Origin: an uncultured virus (IMG/VR IMGVR_UViG_3300038312_000396)
Taxonomy: Duplodnaviria > Heunggongvirae > Uroviricota > Caudoviricetes
Strand: one strand, 5' to 3'
IMG/VR virus record: IMGVR_UViG_3300038312_000396
DNA length: 64,000 nucleotides
A model generated the notes under the pieces. The model made no database searches. It saw nothing but the letters and a program-made list of their open reading frames with translations, and was not told the origin of the DNA. Positions 28,344-38,152 of this stretch are shown here, one piece after another (the stretch's first letter is position 1; every line of letters begins with the position of its first letter). A program made the position numbers and the translations under genes.

Positions 28344-29282
28344 CTATTCTCTTGTTACAGGTTCAATAACAATTAACTTGTCTTTAAACCATACAGCAGT
28401 CTCCTTTGTTAACACTTTATTTTGACTTTCAGTGAATTCAAGTAAACTTGTTATCTGTGCCTCTGTATTGTCTGCATAGTGCACAAGATATGCCTCTAAG
28501 GTAGCAGGTCTTGCTCCGTAGTCGTAACCTCTATGATTCTCTACAACTCCTATTAAATTATCAATCTCTGCCGATGTTAAATACTTTCTTAACACTCTCA
28601 TTTTAGTTGCCATATACAGTATTCCTAAACCCTCATGAGTAATTTTTCCGCCCTTTAGTGTGTACTCCATATCTCTATAGTCTATCGCAGCTATCTTTCC
28701 AATGTCGTGCAATAACCCACAAAGCAAAATAAACTCCTTTTTCTCCTGTAAGCCGTATATATCAATCAGTGTTCTCAATATACGCATAACTTTGAACGTA
28801 TGATGTGGCAATCCCCCACAAAAGTTATCGTGGTGCGATGTTGCTGCCGGTGTTAAATAAAACAGTCGCATTATTTCCTCTGGTATTATTTCTTTAATAA
28901 GCTCCAAGTACTTGTCCGAAAAATTCTCATGCATAAACTCATTAAAACTTTTTTCCAATGCCGATATGTCTATTGTTCTATAAAATTCAGCCACAGCATC
29001 AGTCCCTAAATCCTCAAATACTTCTTTAACAGTGTATTGCATTTCATCTTTATATTTGTCACTCACCAACAATACATTAAACACTTTTGATCCAGAAGTA
29101 AACACATCAACTAACGGTTCTTCCCAACAAATAACAGGGTACTCACCACCATCATATACCCCTTTTCCTCTTATGTATTGCTTGTTTGATTTTGTGTTAA
29201 ATACTGAAACCTCTTTTAAGCATATTTCTCCTGTTGCTGTCTCCCCAGCACACATGTCAAAAGGATTAATTTTCATACACAC
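28344..29282 (-). CDS. YhaM/Cbf1-like OB-fold + HD-domain 3'-5' exonuclease
   Basis: N-terminal TKSNKQY OB-like region; PAATSHHD..GGLPHHT, LLHDIGK, NHRG, VHYAD. Confidence 0.85.
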   Translation of the reverse strand: MCMKINPFDMCAGETATGEICLKEVSVFNTKSNKQYIRGKGVYDGGEYPVICWEEPLVDVFTSGSKVFNVLLVSDKYKDEMQYTVKEVFEDLGTDAVAEFYRTIDISALEKSFNEFMHENFSDKYLELIKEIIPEEIMRLFYLTPAATSHHDNFCGGLPHHTFKVMRILRTLIDIYGLQEKKEFILLCGLLHDIGKIAAIDYRDMEYTLKGGKITHEGLGILYMATKMRVLRKYLTSAEIDNLIGVVENHRGYDYGARPATLEAYLVHYADNTEAQITSLLEFTESQNKVLTKETAVWFKDKLIVIEPVTRE

Positions 29283-29455
29283 ACACTCCTTAAACGATTT
29301 TTTCCTTCAATAAAATCTAAAATCTGAACCTTTTATCACATTTATACGAATAGTATTTATTTTATTAATTGTTATGGAATTCTATAATCTTAAAGCCCAA
29401 TTTGTAGCACATATAAATATAGAGTAAAACCTTAAAAAAGTCTATTTTTTTAAAA

Positions 29456-29815
29456 TTAAAAGTCCATCACCTTAGTCTCAAAACTAGAATTCATATTTAA
29501 CTCAATGCCTTTTTCCAAGTATTCCTCGATTTTTTTTGCTTGCATATCTTCTGTTAGGTAGAATAACTCCATATGACTGGGGTACACTGTCCCAATTAAC
29601 TGGGCAAGTGATTCAGGATCAGCTTTACCTATTAACTGCCATCTACCCTTGAATTGCGTATACACCCTCTTGTTCCCAGATTGTCGCAGAAGTGCTTTTT
29701 TAAAATTTTGGAACATAAACATTGTTGTGTTACTGTCTACTTTTACTGCTAAAGAATCCCCTTTAAGTTCAACAGATTCGACTAAATAAGATGCCAATTT
29801 ATCGTATGTGTCCAT
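29456..29815 (-). CDS. hypothetical protein
   Basis: ORF with RBS AAGGAG. Confidence 0.55.
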   Translation of the reverse strand: MDTYDKLASYLVESVELKGDSLAVKVDSNTTMFMFQNFKKALLRQSGNKRVYTQFKGRWQLIGKADPESLAQLIGTVYPSHMELFYLTEDMQAKKIEEYLEKGIELNMNSSFETKVMDF

Positions 29816-29899
29816 TTTCGCAACTCCTTGAATGAAAAATTTTAATATAATTGTGCGGTTTACCTCTTATTGAATATGTTTATTAAATTAAACAAGTGA

Positions 29900-31708
29900 T
29901 TAACTTTTAAACTCATCTGGATCTTTATAATTCCCTGTTATAAACCAATGTTTAACTTCTTTACCTTTTGTAGTTCTTGCTCTCACTTCTTTTTTATTCT
30001 CATCTATACTTAAAATACGAGAATAACTAACATTAGTAATTAGTCTGCCTTTACTGTTTATTACACCGTTTAATTTGTTCCTCTCCACTATAAAATAGTT
30101 CGTCCCGTAGTGTTGAGTAATAGCGTCAAATCCCGCAGATATTTTGTTTCCACGAAAGTCGCATAAATATGTCTTGCCCTTTAAAGTTAATATAAAGAAT
30201 ATATTCACATTATTAATAGTATCTCTTACCAAAACACAATTGTCATATTTACACTCAAGCACAGTTTCATACCCGTTGTTAGTTGTCTTCACTACCCCTT
30301 TTTTACCGTTTTGCACCACACTCCAGTATGTTATATTGTCTTTGCCTGAATTCGAAATACCCACAAGATGTTTAAAACCCTCTATGTCTTCATACTGACA
30401 TTTAAAACCATCTGAGTCTTCATTGTGATCTTTACAAACTTCGTAGTTCATAGGTACAACTAAGGTACGATTGTTTAAATTATATAATCCCACTTTATTG
30501 TCCTTTTCAACACTTATATACCCCTGTTTCCCTGTTGTCCAACACTTATAGTCATCCCATACTAAGTTTAGGTTTTCATCATATAAATGAGTATGAACAC
30601 GATATCTATCTGTTATTCCATAATAATAATTATTAGTATCACAAGTAAAAAGGCATATGTATCTACCGTTTAACTGAACAGATGTACCATCATATCTAAA
30701 CCCAGTATAACCCTCACTTGAACGCTTAGATAATATTATGTTAGAAGTTCTGTCATCACAAACAACTCCCGAAAACCCCTCATTTCCCGTAACTTCATGA
30801 ATAATATCACCATCATCTCTAATGATAATACTTTTTTCACCATCTCGAATAAATGTCAATTTACCTATTGAGTTACTTGTCATACTTTTAGCATTTTCCC
30901 ACAAAACGTATACCCCTGTTTCATCTACCCTAACTAAATCCATCAATCGGTTCTTTGTCGCTATAACTGTTTTACGCTGTTCATCAAAATGAAACTCTAT
31001 ACCGTCATAATCAAAACCTGTTAATGCCTTGATTTCTGCATTATAAAAACCCCATTTGTTTCTTACTTTTATAGCTAAAGAAGTACTGTTAATTGGTTGT
31101 ACCTCTTCAATTGGAAAAGGTATAGCACGTATATTTCCAGCTCTAAGTATACTTTGTATGCTCACTGCATCAATGTTTGTAGTACACAAAAATAAATCTT
31201 TTATTAGATGACGTATATCAGTATAGTTAGCACTGATTACTTCAATTCCTTTTAGGTCAACACAACCTACTTTATATAAGTATATACCGTTGACAATACT
31301 TCTCTCAACAACCTTGAAGTAATTTTCACCAATAGGATCTATTGAGTAATACCTTTTCTTTATAATCCAGTTAGCATTACTGTCAATTAAAGAATAACCA
31401 ACATTGTCTTTTACTGTATAATACCTTCTTTTTTGAGTTTTTCTGAACACTTCATATTTGCCTACATATATGAAATCAGGTAATAAGTAAACATACACTT
31501 CAGAACGTCCACCTCTTACCACGAAGTAATCCTCTGTTACTAACTGTACTTTTACAGGCTTACCCAGTATAAGAGAAAGCTTATTCAATACTTCCTCATG
31601 TGTCCCCACAACATTCTCCGCTTTGACCTCTACTGTTTTCTTGCCATGAAGCAAGTTATTATTTTTATTCATTGTTAACAACTCCTTATACAAATTTATG
31701 CTTTTCAT
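29900..31708 (-). CDS. WG-repeat-like beta-propeller protein, shared N-terminal motif family
   Basis: KLSLILGKPV; repeats GCVDLKGIEVISANY, KWGFYN, KVGLYNL, GVINSKGRLI; colinear with 31686..33269. Confidence 0.7.
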   Translation of the reverse strand: MKSINLYKELLTMNKNNNLLHGKKTVEVKAENVVGTHEEVLNKLSLILGKPVKVQLVTEDYFVVRGGRSEVYVYLLPDFIYVGKYEVFRKTQKRRYYTVKDNVGYSLIDSNANWIIKKRYYSIDPIGENYFKVVERSIVNGIYLYKVGCVDLKGIEVISANYTDIRHLIKDLFLCTTNIDAVSIQSILRAGNIRAIPFPIEEVQPINSTSLAIKVRNKWGFYNAEIKALTGFDYDGIEFHFDEQRKTVIATKNRLMDLVRVDETGVYVLWENAKSMTSNSIGKLTFIRDGEKSIIIRDDGDIIHEVTGNEGFSGVVCDDRTSNIILSKRSSEGYTGFRYDGTSVQLNGRYICLFTCDTNNYYYGITDRYRVHTHLYDENLNLVWDDYKCWTTGKQGYISVEKDNKVGLYNLNNRTLVVPMNYEVCKDHNEDSDGFKCQYEDIEGFKHLVGISNSGKDNITYWSVVQNGKKGVVKTTNNGYETVLECKYDNCVLVRDTINNVNIFFILTLKGKTYLCDFRGNKISAGFDAITQHYGTNYFIVERNKLNGVINSKGRLITNVSYSRILSIDENKKEVRARTTKGKEVKHWFITGNYKDPDEFKS

Positions 31709-33269
31709 GTAAATCTTCTATATTCTCATACTCGACATCAGACACGACATTGCCTTTCAAGTCAATTACTTTATACACACCAGCACTTCTAACCCTTAAG
31801 CAATCCCCCCTCCCCTCCGAACGTATAAAATCATACCCCTTTGTCAATATCTCCCCTTTGTCGTCCGCTAAGTATACCTTACCTTTTTGTTTAAGCATAA
31901 AAACAATATCCGAATCAAGATAATTGTGAAGATTGCATTCGTCATATTCAGGTTTTATAGATACTTCGTAAGTACCAAATTCTTCATCAACACATATTAC
32001 TCCTGTCTTCCCATTTCTAATAACTTGATAGTATGTCTTATATCCGTGGTTGTTCTCTTTGACACGTGATCCTAGACAAAATATCCCTCGGTTTGCACTC
32101 TTTTGCGCATACATGTCGTATATTTTAGGAACAACCAATTGTTTTCTCCCCAAGTCATATAACCCTACTTTACCGTCATTTTCAAAATTAAAATACTCCC
32201 CACTTCTTACAGTACAAAGTGTACCGTCATTTTTTATTAAGTTCAAATCTTCATCATACAACTTATCATATGTATCTATATTTTCTCCTGTAGCAAAATA
32301 ACTACCGCTTGGTGTTTTTATATGAAATAGATAGGAAGAATCAAAATCAAATAATGTTCCATCAGATTTAATACCAATACTCTTACCGTCAGTAGTTGTA
32401 CACACCAAACAAGATGTATTACTAGATTTAATATCTTTAACAGATATTTCATTTAGTTCACATACTATATCCCCTGTACAACTCATAATAAAGCTATTTT
32501 TATCAGATTCAATATAAGTTAATGCCCTCGTTAGATTACTCTTCATGTATTTTGCACCTCGATATAGAATGTACACACCAGTTTCGTCACAAGCTATAAG
32601 GTCATACCTTTCCCCTCTTCTAGTAATTATTGCTTTTGAATCAGGTATCACGTTAACGCTGTCCCACTCAAAACTAGATAGCTCCCTGTCCTCAACACTA
32701 TAAAATCCCCACAAGCCTTTTTTCCTTTTTATTGCTAGTGTGTGCTCACATATACAAATAACACTGTCAATTTCATAAGGTATTGCTTTCTTGTTGCCTG
32801 CTCTAACTATAATTTTTATTTCTACCCCTTTGACTGTAGTCGAACACAAGAATAAATCTCGAATTAAAGACTGTATATTAGAGTACACAGGTGAAATTAC
32901 CTCATTTCCTAACATGTCGATACAGCCCGTATATGTGTCAGGTACTCCCTGCGGATTCAGTACATTTTCCTTAACACCATAAAAACCATTGGTCATAGGA
33001 TATATAGTTATGTACTCTTTCTTCGTTAGAATATCTCCACGTTCACCTATTAACCACCAGCCTTTTCCTGTGAAAGAACCAAAATATTGCCCATACCCCG
33101 TTTTAGCAAACGCTGTATACTTATTCAAAAAGTTAAAGTCAGGTAATGCAAACACATAAGATTCTTTTGTTTCGGCTTGCACGACAAATAAATACTCAGT
33201 TACATACTTCAATGTGACCTGTTTTCCTAATATTATACTTATCTTTTTTAATTCATTTGAATAACTCAA
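31686..33269 (-). CDS. WG-repeat-like beta-propeller protein, tandem paralog of 29900..31708
   Basis: KISIILGKQV; GCIDMLGNEVISPVY, LIRDLFLC, LWGFYS, KVGLYDL. Confidence 0.7.
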   Translation of the reverse strand: MSYSNELKKISIILGKQVTLKYVTEYLFVVQAETKESYVFALPDFNFLNKYTAFAKTGYGQYFGSFTGKGWWLIGERGDILTKKEYITIYPMTNGFYGVKENVLNPQGVPDTYTGCIDMLGNEVISPVYSNIQSLIRDLFLCSTTVKGVEIKIIVRAGNKKAIPYEIDSVICICEHTLAIKRKKGLWGFYSVEDRELSSFEWDSVNVIPDSKAIITRRGERYDLIACDETGVYILYRGAKYMKSNLTRALTYIESDKNSFIMSCTGDIVCELNEISVKDIKSSNTSCLVCTTTDGKSIGIKSDGTLFDFDSSYLFHIKTPSGSYFATGENIDTYDKLYDEDLNLIKNDGTLCTVRSGEYFNFENDGKVGLYDLGRKQLVVPKIYDMYAQKSANRGIFCLGSRVKENNHGYKTYYQVIRNGKTGVICVDEEFGTYEVSIKPEYDECNLHNYLDSDIVFMLKQKGKVYLADDKGEILTKGYDFIRSEGRGDCLRVRSAGVYKVIDLKGNVVSDVEYENIEDLHEKHKFV

Positions 33270-33349
33270 AATGTAACCTACCTTTTAAACTTGTTTAGAT
33301 CCTCGCACTAACCAGATAGTCCCTAATCTTTACACTTTTTAAGTATAAC

Positions 33350-34138
33350 TCAAATAATATTAACTACCCTACCGTTTAATGTCTTAGCTTTTACCACACC
33401 ATTGTGTGTAATCACAAAGTCCGTGTACATTCTTTTCGTAGTCTCATATGTGTTTATGTTCATAGTAGCCCACAATTTAGCCTGTTTCTCCACCACACTT
33501 GACAACATGAATTTAGAATATGAATCACTTATTTTAACTACAATAAAGTTATGGTTAAGCCCCTCAGCAACAACAACATTCTCTAGCACTATGTCTTTTT
33601 CCCACATTGCTAATTTCCATACACATTTTGGCGGGTCTCCTGCCACTACCATAAACGCCAAATGAGTATTTTCATTTATTTTCTCATATCCCATGAGGTC
33701 TTCAAGTATAACTATCTCGTTATTAGTAATTTTACACCTTACTATGTCATACCCCTCTCCTTTGTTCCTGCAAGCCCACATATCACCATCAGCATTTTTT
33801 CGTATATATGTACGATTATCTAAAGGCACTATTAACTCGCCTTGACTTCCCATCAGCCCTCTTTTATCTTTATCGTTGTAGACTTCAAATAAAGTAGGGT
33901 AACTTTCACAAACATTATTTTTTTCATAAAAACTTACTACAAGATGACGACAACTCTTATAAATGTCAATTAAGCCCCCGTCATGCTTGTTAAACACATA
34001 ATATTGCTGATTTATTAAGATAAATATATCGGGAGTTACTGCAAACACAAAACTGTCATTACCCGATAATACCTGTAACTCTTTCCTTTTACCCTCTATC
34101 ACTTTGTTACCCGCCATGTGAACACTCCTTAAACCCAA
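33350..34138 (-). CDS. WG-repeat-like protein, shared N-terminal motif family
   Basis: ELQVLSG; KRGLMGSQGELIVP; WATMNINT. Confidence 0.6.
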   Translation of the reverse strand: MGLRSVHMAGNKVIEGKRKELQVLSGNDSFVFAVTPDIFILINQQYYVFNKHDGGLIDIYKSCRHLVVSFYEKNNVCESYPTLFEVYNDKDKRGLMGSQGELIVPLDNRTYIRKNADGDMWACRNKGEGYDIVRCKITNNEIVILEDLMGYEKINENTHLAFMVVAGDPPKCVWKLAMWEKDIVLENVVVAEGLNHNFIVVKISDSYSKFMLSSVVEKQAKLWATMNINTYETTKRMYTDFVITHNGVVKAKTLNGRVVNII

Positions 34139-34944
34139 TAATCGGCAACAGCAATGCCATCTTTGTTTAACTCAACATATTCCTCTTGATCATCTACAGT
34201 AACAAGTCTCCAAACAGTGTCTTTTACTTCCTCAGTTATAAAATACTTATACTTAAACTCTGTACGTTCTAACGTATGTGCGTTCATTACTGCCCACGAT
34301 CTATCAAACCAATAGGATGTATCTCTTGTAATTTTCACGTAGTCTTCAGTTATCCAGTCCGCTCCTGTTATATCCTTATAAGAAATAACGCCGCCTGGAC
34401 ACACTAAATACTCTGGTTCGTTATCCCTATTATATGCAATGAGTGAGGTCTCTAATAACGATCGAAACCGTAGGAATTCCTGTTTCAGTATTAAGTTATT
34501 ATTAATGTCTACACACCCTACAAGTTTATCTCTCTCACTATTCTTATAGCTCCAAAAATGGAATGTGTCTGATAGGGGTTCTAAAAAATAATATTCAGGT
34601 GCTATTCTCAATTTACCTTTTGAATCAAGTATTGCTTTTTTACCGTCATGTGCGGTTGCTACATAATACTTTTTATTATTATGTCCACAGTACACACTAA
34701 CCCTAAGATAAACGGAATTAGGGTAATACTCGTTGTTGTAGTAATACTTCATGTCTATTACATCTAAATACACCCCTTGATACTCGTAGTTTTCAGAATC
34801 AAAAACATAATATTCCCGTCCACCTCTAGTTCCTGCAATGTGTAACTCTTCTAAACCATAGTGATTAGCTTTATGTAATTCAGCACCTATTATTATCTCT
34901 AAGCATTCCATTTCTTGTTTTAATTTAGCGTTCGTTTCCAACAC
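34129..34944 (-). CDS. WG-repeat-like protein, shared N-terminal motif family
   Basis: CLEIIIGAEL; AILDSKGKLRIAPEY; WAVMNAHTLERTEFKY. Confidence 0.6.
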   Translation of the reverse strand: MLETNAKLKQEMECLEIIIGAELHKANHYGLEELHIAGTRGGREYYVFDSENYEYQGVYLDVIDMKYYYNNEYYPNSVYLRVSVYCGHNNKKYYVATAHDGKKAILDSKGKLRIAPEYYFLEPLSDTFHFWSYKNSERDKLVGCVDINNNLILKQEFLRFRSLLETSLIAYNRDNEPEYLVCPGGVISYKDITGADWITEDYVKITRDTSYWFDRSWAVMNAHTLERTEFKYKYFITEEVKDTVWRLVTVDDQEEYVELNKDGIAVADYWV

Positions 34945-35181
34945 CCCTTTTTTTAAATGTACAAAGTTCTACAATTATCTCATTCTCTTTAAAAACAAGT
35001 TTTTCAATATCCCCGTTATGTAACATACCGTATACAGTGTCTGGTCGCTTAGTGTCAAGTTTATACCTTACGTATGTAGACGTTTTTTGCCCTGAATTAG
35101 CGTTCATAACTACGGTAGCACCTTGTCTTTTTGTTCACCTACAAGTACTTCCAACATATTAAGTTTTACTTTATCTATCAT
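34925..35181 (-). pseudogene. internally deleted, frameshifted family member
   Basis: ATG at 35181 overlapping the upstream TGA gives MIDKVKLNMLEVLVGEQ..stop; another frame gives TVVMNANSGQKT, like the C-terminal WAVMNAHT segment of neighbours. Confidence 0.55.
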
Positions 35182-35627
35182 GTGTCGTTCCCCTTATACT
35201 CCCCGTACTCTATATGATCTCCATTGATAGTAAATTTGTTAGTTTCTTGTAAGGTTATTTCATTCTGTTCCGATATTCCGTATCTAACAAAAATCTGTTT
35301 TTTAAGATCATAACAGTCTAAGTATACACTATCAGTCATGTAAAGCATGTCATACACAACAGGTATTACATATTCGCCTCGATTGTTTATAATCCCCTCT
35401 TTGTCATGCTTAACTACCCTATAAAGTCCTGTTTTTAACTTGCAAAATTCTGGGTATTCTTCGATAAGTTCATACGTCTTACTGTCAAATATAAACGCTT
35501 TATTTATTACTGCCTCATATGTTGATAGTGCGACAATACTATCTGTAGTAAATGCAACATAAACAGTTGTACCCAGTAATGCTGATAGTTCAGCTCGCTT
35601 TTGTTCTAATTCTATTAGTTTGGGCAT
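35178..35627 (-). CDS. short WG-repeat-like protein, shared N-terminal motif family
   Basis: ELSALLGTTV; KEGIINNRGEYVIPVVYD. Confidence 0.65.
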   Translation of the reverse strand: MPKLIELEQKRAELSALLGTTVYVAFTTDSIVALSTYEAVINKAFIFDSKTYELIEEYPEFCKLKTGLYRVVKHDKEGIINNRGEYVIPVVYDMLYMTDSVYLDCYDLKKQIFVRYGISEQNEITLQETNKFTINGDHIEYGEYKGNDT

Positions 35628-35644
35628 ATGTGTACTCCTTTATT

Positions 35645-35854
35645 CTATAACTTTGTAACGCTTGATTCTCCTAATAAAACTCTGTCCCTTTTATCTTTTG
35701 TGGTGAATACTCCTATACTACCATCCATCCCTAACTGACACCATAAATACTTAAACTCAGTTATATGTAAAGTGTTAACATTCATAATCGCACATAACAT
35801 GTCCTTTCTTCTTAATAAAATATTATGCTTGTTTAATCTATCTACGCTCGACAC
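35645..35854 (-). pseudogene. C-terminal fragment of the same family
   Basis: CAIMNVNTLHITEFKY matches WAVMNAHTLERTEFKY of 34129..34944. Confidence 0.5.
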
Positions 35855-36019
35855 TTCTTTACCTAAAAGTATAACCTTTCCGTCTTTAATTAGTTTTAGC
35901 TCTCTGTCGTCATGAATACGTATCTCATAGTATGCAAACCTACCTTTTGTACGTGTTCGTGAATTTATGTTTATACATCATACGACCAATCTTTTTGAAG
36001 TAATACTATGTTATAATCA

Positions 36020-36535
36020 TCATCCCTCTATTATATTGTAGTTTATGTCAAATACAACTTTTTTACCCATTCCGAATAAAGGTGTTGCCTCAGCAATATT
36101 GTTTTTAAACAATGTAATATTACCGTATATAAAAGGCACTACTGTCTCGCCGTGTTCATTTATAACTCCCGTAACTGTCTTTTCCTTGTTCTGTACCACC
36201 GCCCTATTGCAACTAAACGCATATGCTTTACCGTATTCACAAGGTATAACAAGTTCACCCTCAGTATTAATATACCCGAATAACCTTGTTTCTTTGCTTA
36301 ATACAGGTGCAAATCCACCACTAAACGCCATCACTGCATTGTATATGCCCATTACCCCTATTTCAGTATTGTAAACAAGCTTTTCTCCGTTTTTTACTCT
36401 GAATATTATTAATTTTCCTACAACCCTAACAACTTGCACAGATGTACTGTAAATTACCGATAGTTGATTTATAAGTGTTTTAAATTCTTCTGAGTCAATG
36501 CTTACTAATTTTCCATCTTTCAATATAACATCCAC
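36020..36535 (-). CDS. WG (KWG-type) repeat protein
   Basis: Canonical repeats FSGGFAPV..FGYINTEGELVIPCEY..FSCNRAVV..GVINEHGETVVPFIY. Confidence 0.8.
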   Translation of the reverse strand: MDVILKDGKLVSIDSEEFKTLINQLSVIYSTSVQVVRVVGKLIIFRVKNGEKLVYNTEIGVMGIYNAVMAFSGGFAPVLSKETRLFGYINTEGELVIPCEYGKAYAFSCNRAVVQNKEKTVTGVINEHGETVVPFIYGNITLFKNNIAEATPLFGMGKKVVFDINYNIIEG

Positions 36536-36566
36536 ATCATCACCTACTTTAAATTTTTAAAAAAAA

Positions 36567-36596
36567 AGCGGCTTATGTACTGCACATTAAGCCGCT
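36567..36596 (-). terminator. intrinsic terminator
   Basis: AGCGGCTTA/TAAGCCGCT stem followed by long T-run on the minus strand. Confidence 0.7.
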
Positions 36597-36623
36597 ATGT
36601 ATTGATTAGAAAGTGATTTTTTC

Positions 36624-37571
36624 CTACATTTGTATAATGTTCACTTTACGCATTAAACCGCCCGATTCCCCTATTTCTTTGTCCCACATTTCACTCTCTA
36701 ACCTTATTCTGTATGTCTCCATAGTCTTTGCTGGAATGTCAGCGTTTGCATAGACCGAGTAGTTTACCCCTGCTTCATACCCTAGTTTTATTTGTAACAT
36801 TTGAGCTTTGTTGTATGCTGGATTAGCGTAGGGTCTAACATTAAACTTATTTTCACTCTCTAACCTTATCATTTCCATACATTCAACTTTAAAGTCAGGG
36901 TGTAGATAGTACCGTACATTTATACCAGATTTAAGTCCTAAATAAATCTGCTCCATTTGCTCTGCTGAAAATGCTGTGTAGGTATAGCACGTATAGTTTA
37001 AATTCTCTGCCTTACCCCTGTTAATCCAATAAAGCTGCCCTTTTGTGAATTTACTCTCTTTATCCTCTTTTTTGTATTCTTTGTTCAGCTTTACTTGTAC
37101 AGGTTTCTGTGTTCTCACCTTTATTTTATCGTATGTGCCGTTTATTGCACTTATAAAATATTTACCCTCTATCGTATTCTGATTTGAACCAGCGGTGTTT
37201 GTAACTACCTTTCCATTTTGTAATCCGCAACTTATAGCTGCTTTTAAGGCAACATTTTTATTAAAGCTCTTTGTTACCCCTTGATTGTTTACCATCTTAA
37301 AGCCGACAGTGTTGTCACTTTCATCAACGTATTCAGCAAGAATTACAAAAGGAGTAGTTCCTTTAGTTTTGCGGAAGTAATCGAACCTGTCTAAACTTCC
37401 ATTACTTCCTTTAAGTTGCCCGTTCTCAACTACTGCATTTTTAACTAAATTACCCTCTTGTATTGCTTTTATCAACGCTTGTTCTTCTAATGTTGATACG
37501 CCTTTACCATATTGACTTAACCTATAATAATATTTTCCATCATATAACTGTCTATCAATTATAACTGCCAT
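36624..37571 (-). CDS. hypothetical protein with duplicated N-terminal domain and C-terminal helical repeats
   Basis: Repeats FSAEQMEQIYLGLKSGINV and YNKAQMLQIKLGYEAGVNY. Confidence 0.65.
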   Translation of the reverse strand: MAVIIDRQLYDGKYYYRLSQYGKGVSTLEEQALIKAIQEGNLVKNAVVENGQLKGSNGSLDRFDYFRKTKGTTPFVILAEYVDESDNTVGFKMVNNQGVTKSFNKNVALKAAISCGLQNGKVVTNTAGSNQNTIEGKYFISAINGTYDKIKVRTQKPVQVKLNKEYKKEDKESKFTKGQLYWINRGKAENLNYTCYTYTAFSAEQMEQIYLGLKSGINVRYYLHPDFKVECMEMIRLESENKFNVRPYANPAYNKAQMLQIKLGYEAGVNYSVYANADIPAKTMETYRIRLESEMWDKEIGESGGLMRKVNIIQM

Positions 37572-37602
37572 GTTAATCCCTCCCTAAAAATGTTTAATCA
37601 AT

Positions 37603-38136
37603 TTAATAATTTTCTGCGAAATCATTTAACTCTGAAAGTGATGAAAACACACCTATTTGATCTCCTGTATCATCCAATAGTACATACCCGTTTTTTATTG
37701 TGACACAAGCATATACTACTTTACCTGTTTGTTGCCTATAAGGTACTATGCTGTTATACATAAAAGGCGATAATTCACAATGTCTAGTAATTACCTTGAA
37801 ACGTGCTACTATACCTTGAAAGTACTTTCCATGTTCAGTTATATGTTTCTCAACTACATAAGAATTGCACCCTGTGGGAACAATATCAACATAGTCTTCT
37901 GAAACTTTTCCCTCAGTAATATTCCAAAGATAGCATTTGTCCTTATACTGTTCTGCATACTCTTTGATGATAAATAAGTCATCTGAATGATCATATTCTA
38001 TTTGTTTATAGCCTATAGGTAAAATCTCAGCACCTGTGGTATCAAATACCCCATAGTAATTACCATATCTTACTATGAAGCACTTATCCGCAATTTGCGT
38101 TACTTCGTCGAACAGGATTTTTAACCTGTTTAACAT
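37603..38136 (-). CDS. WG-repeat-like protein (start revised to ATG at 38136 after G8 RBS)
   Basis: RLKILF..V; YGVFDTTGAEILPIGY. Confidence 0.6.
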   Translation of the reverse strand: MLNRLKILFDEVTQIADKCFIVRYGNYYGVFDTTGAEILPIGYKQIEYDHSDDLFIIKEYAEQYKDKCYLWNITEGKVSEDYVDIVPTGCNSYVVEKHITEHGKYFQGIVARFKVITRHCELSPFMYNSIVPYRQQTGKVVYACVTIKNGYVLLDDTGDQIGVFSSLSELNDFAENY

Positions 38137-38152
38137 TTCAGCACCCCCCCCA

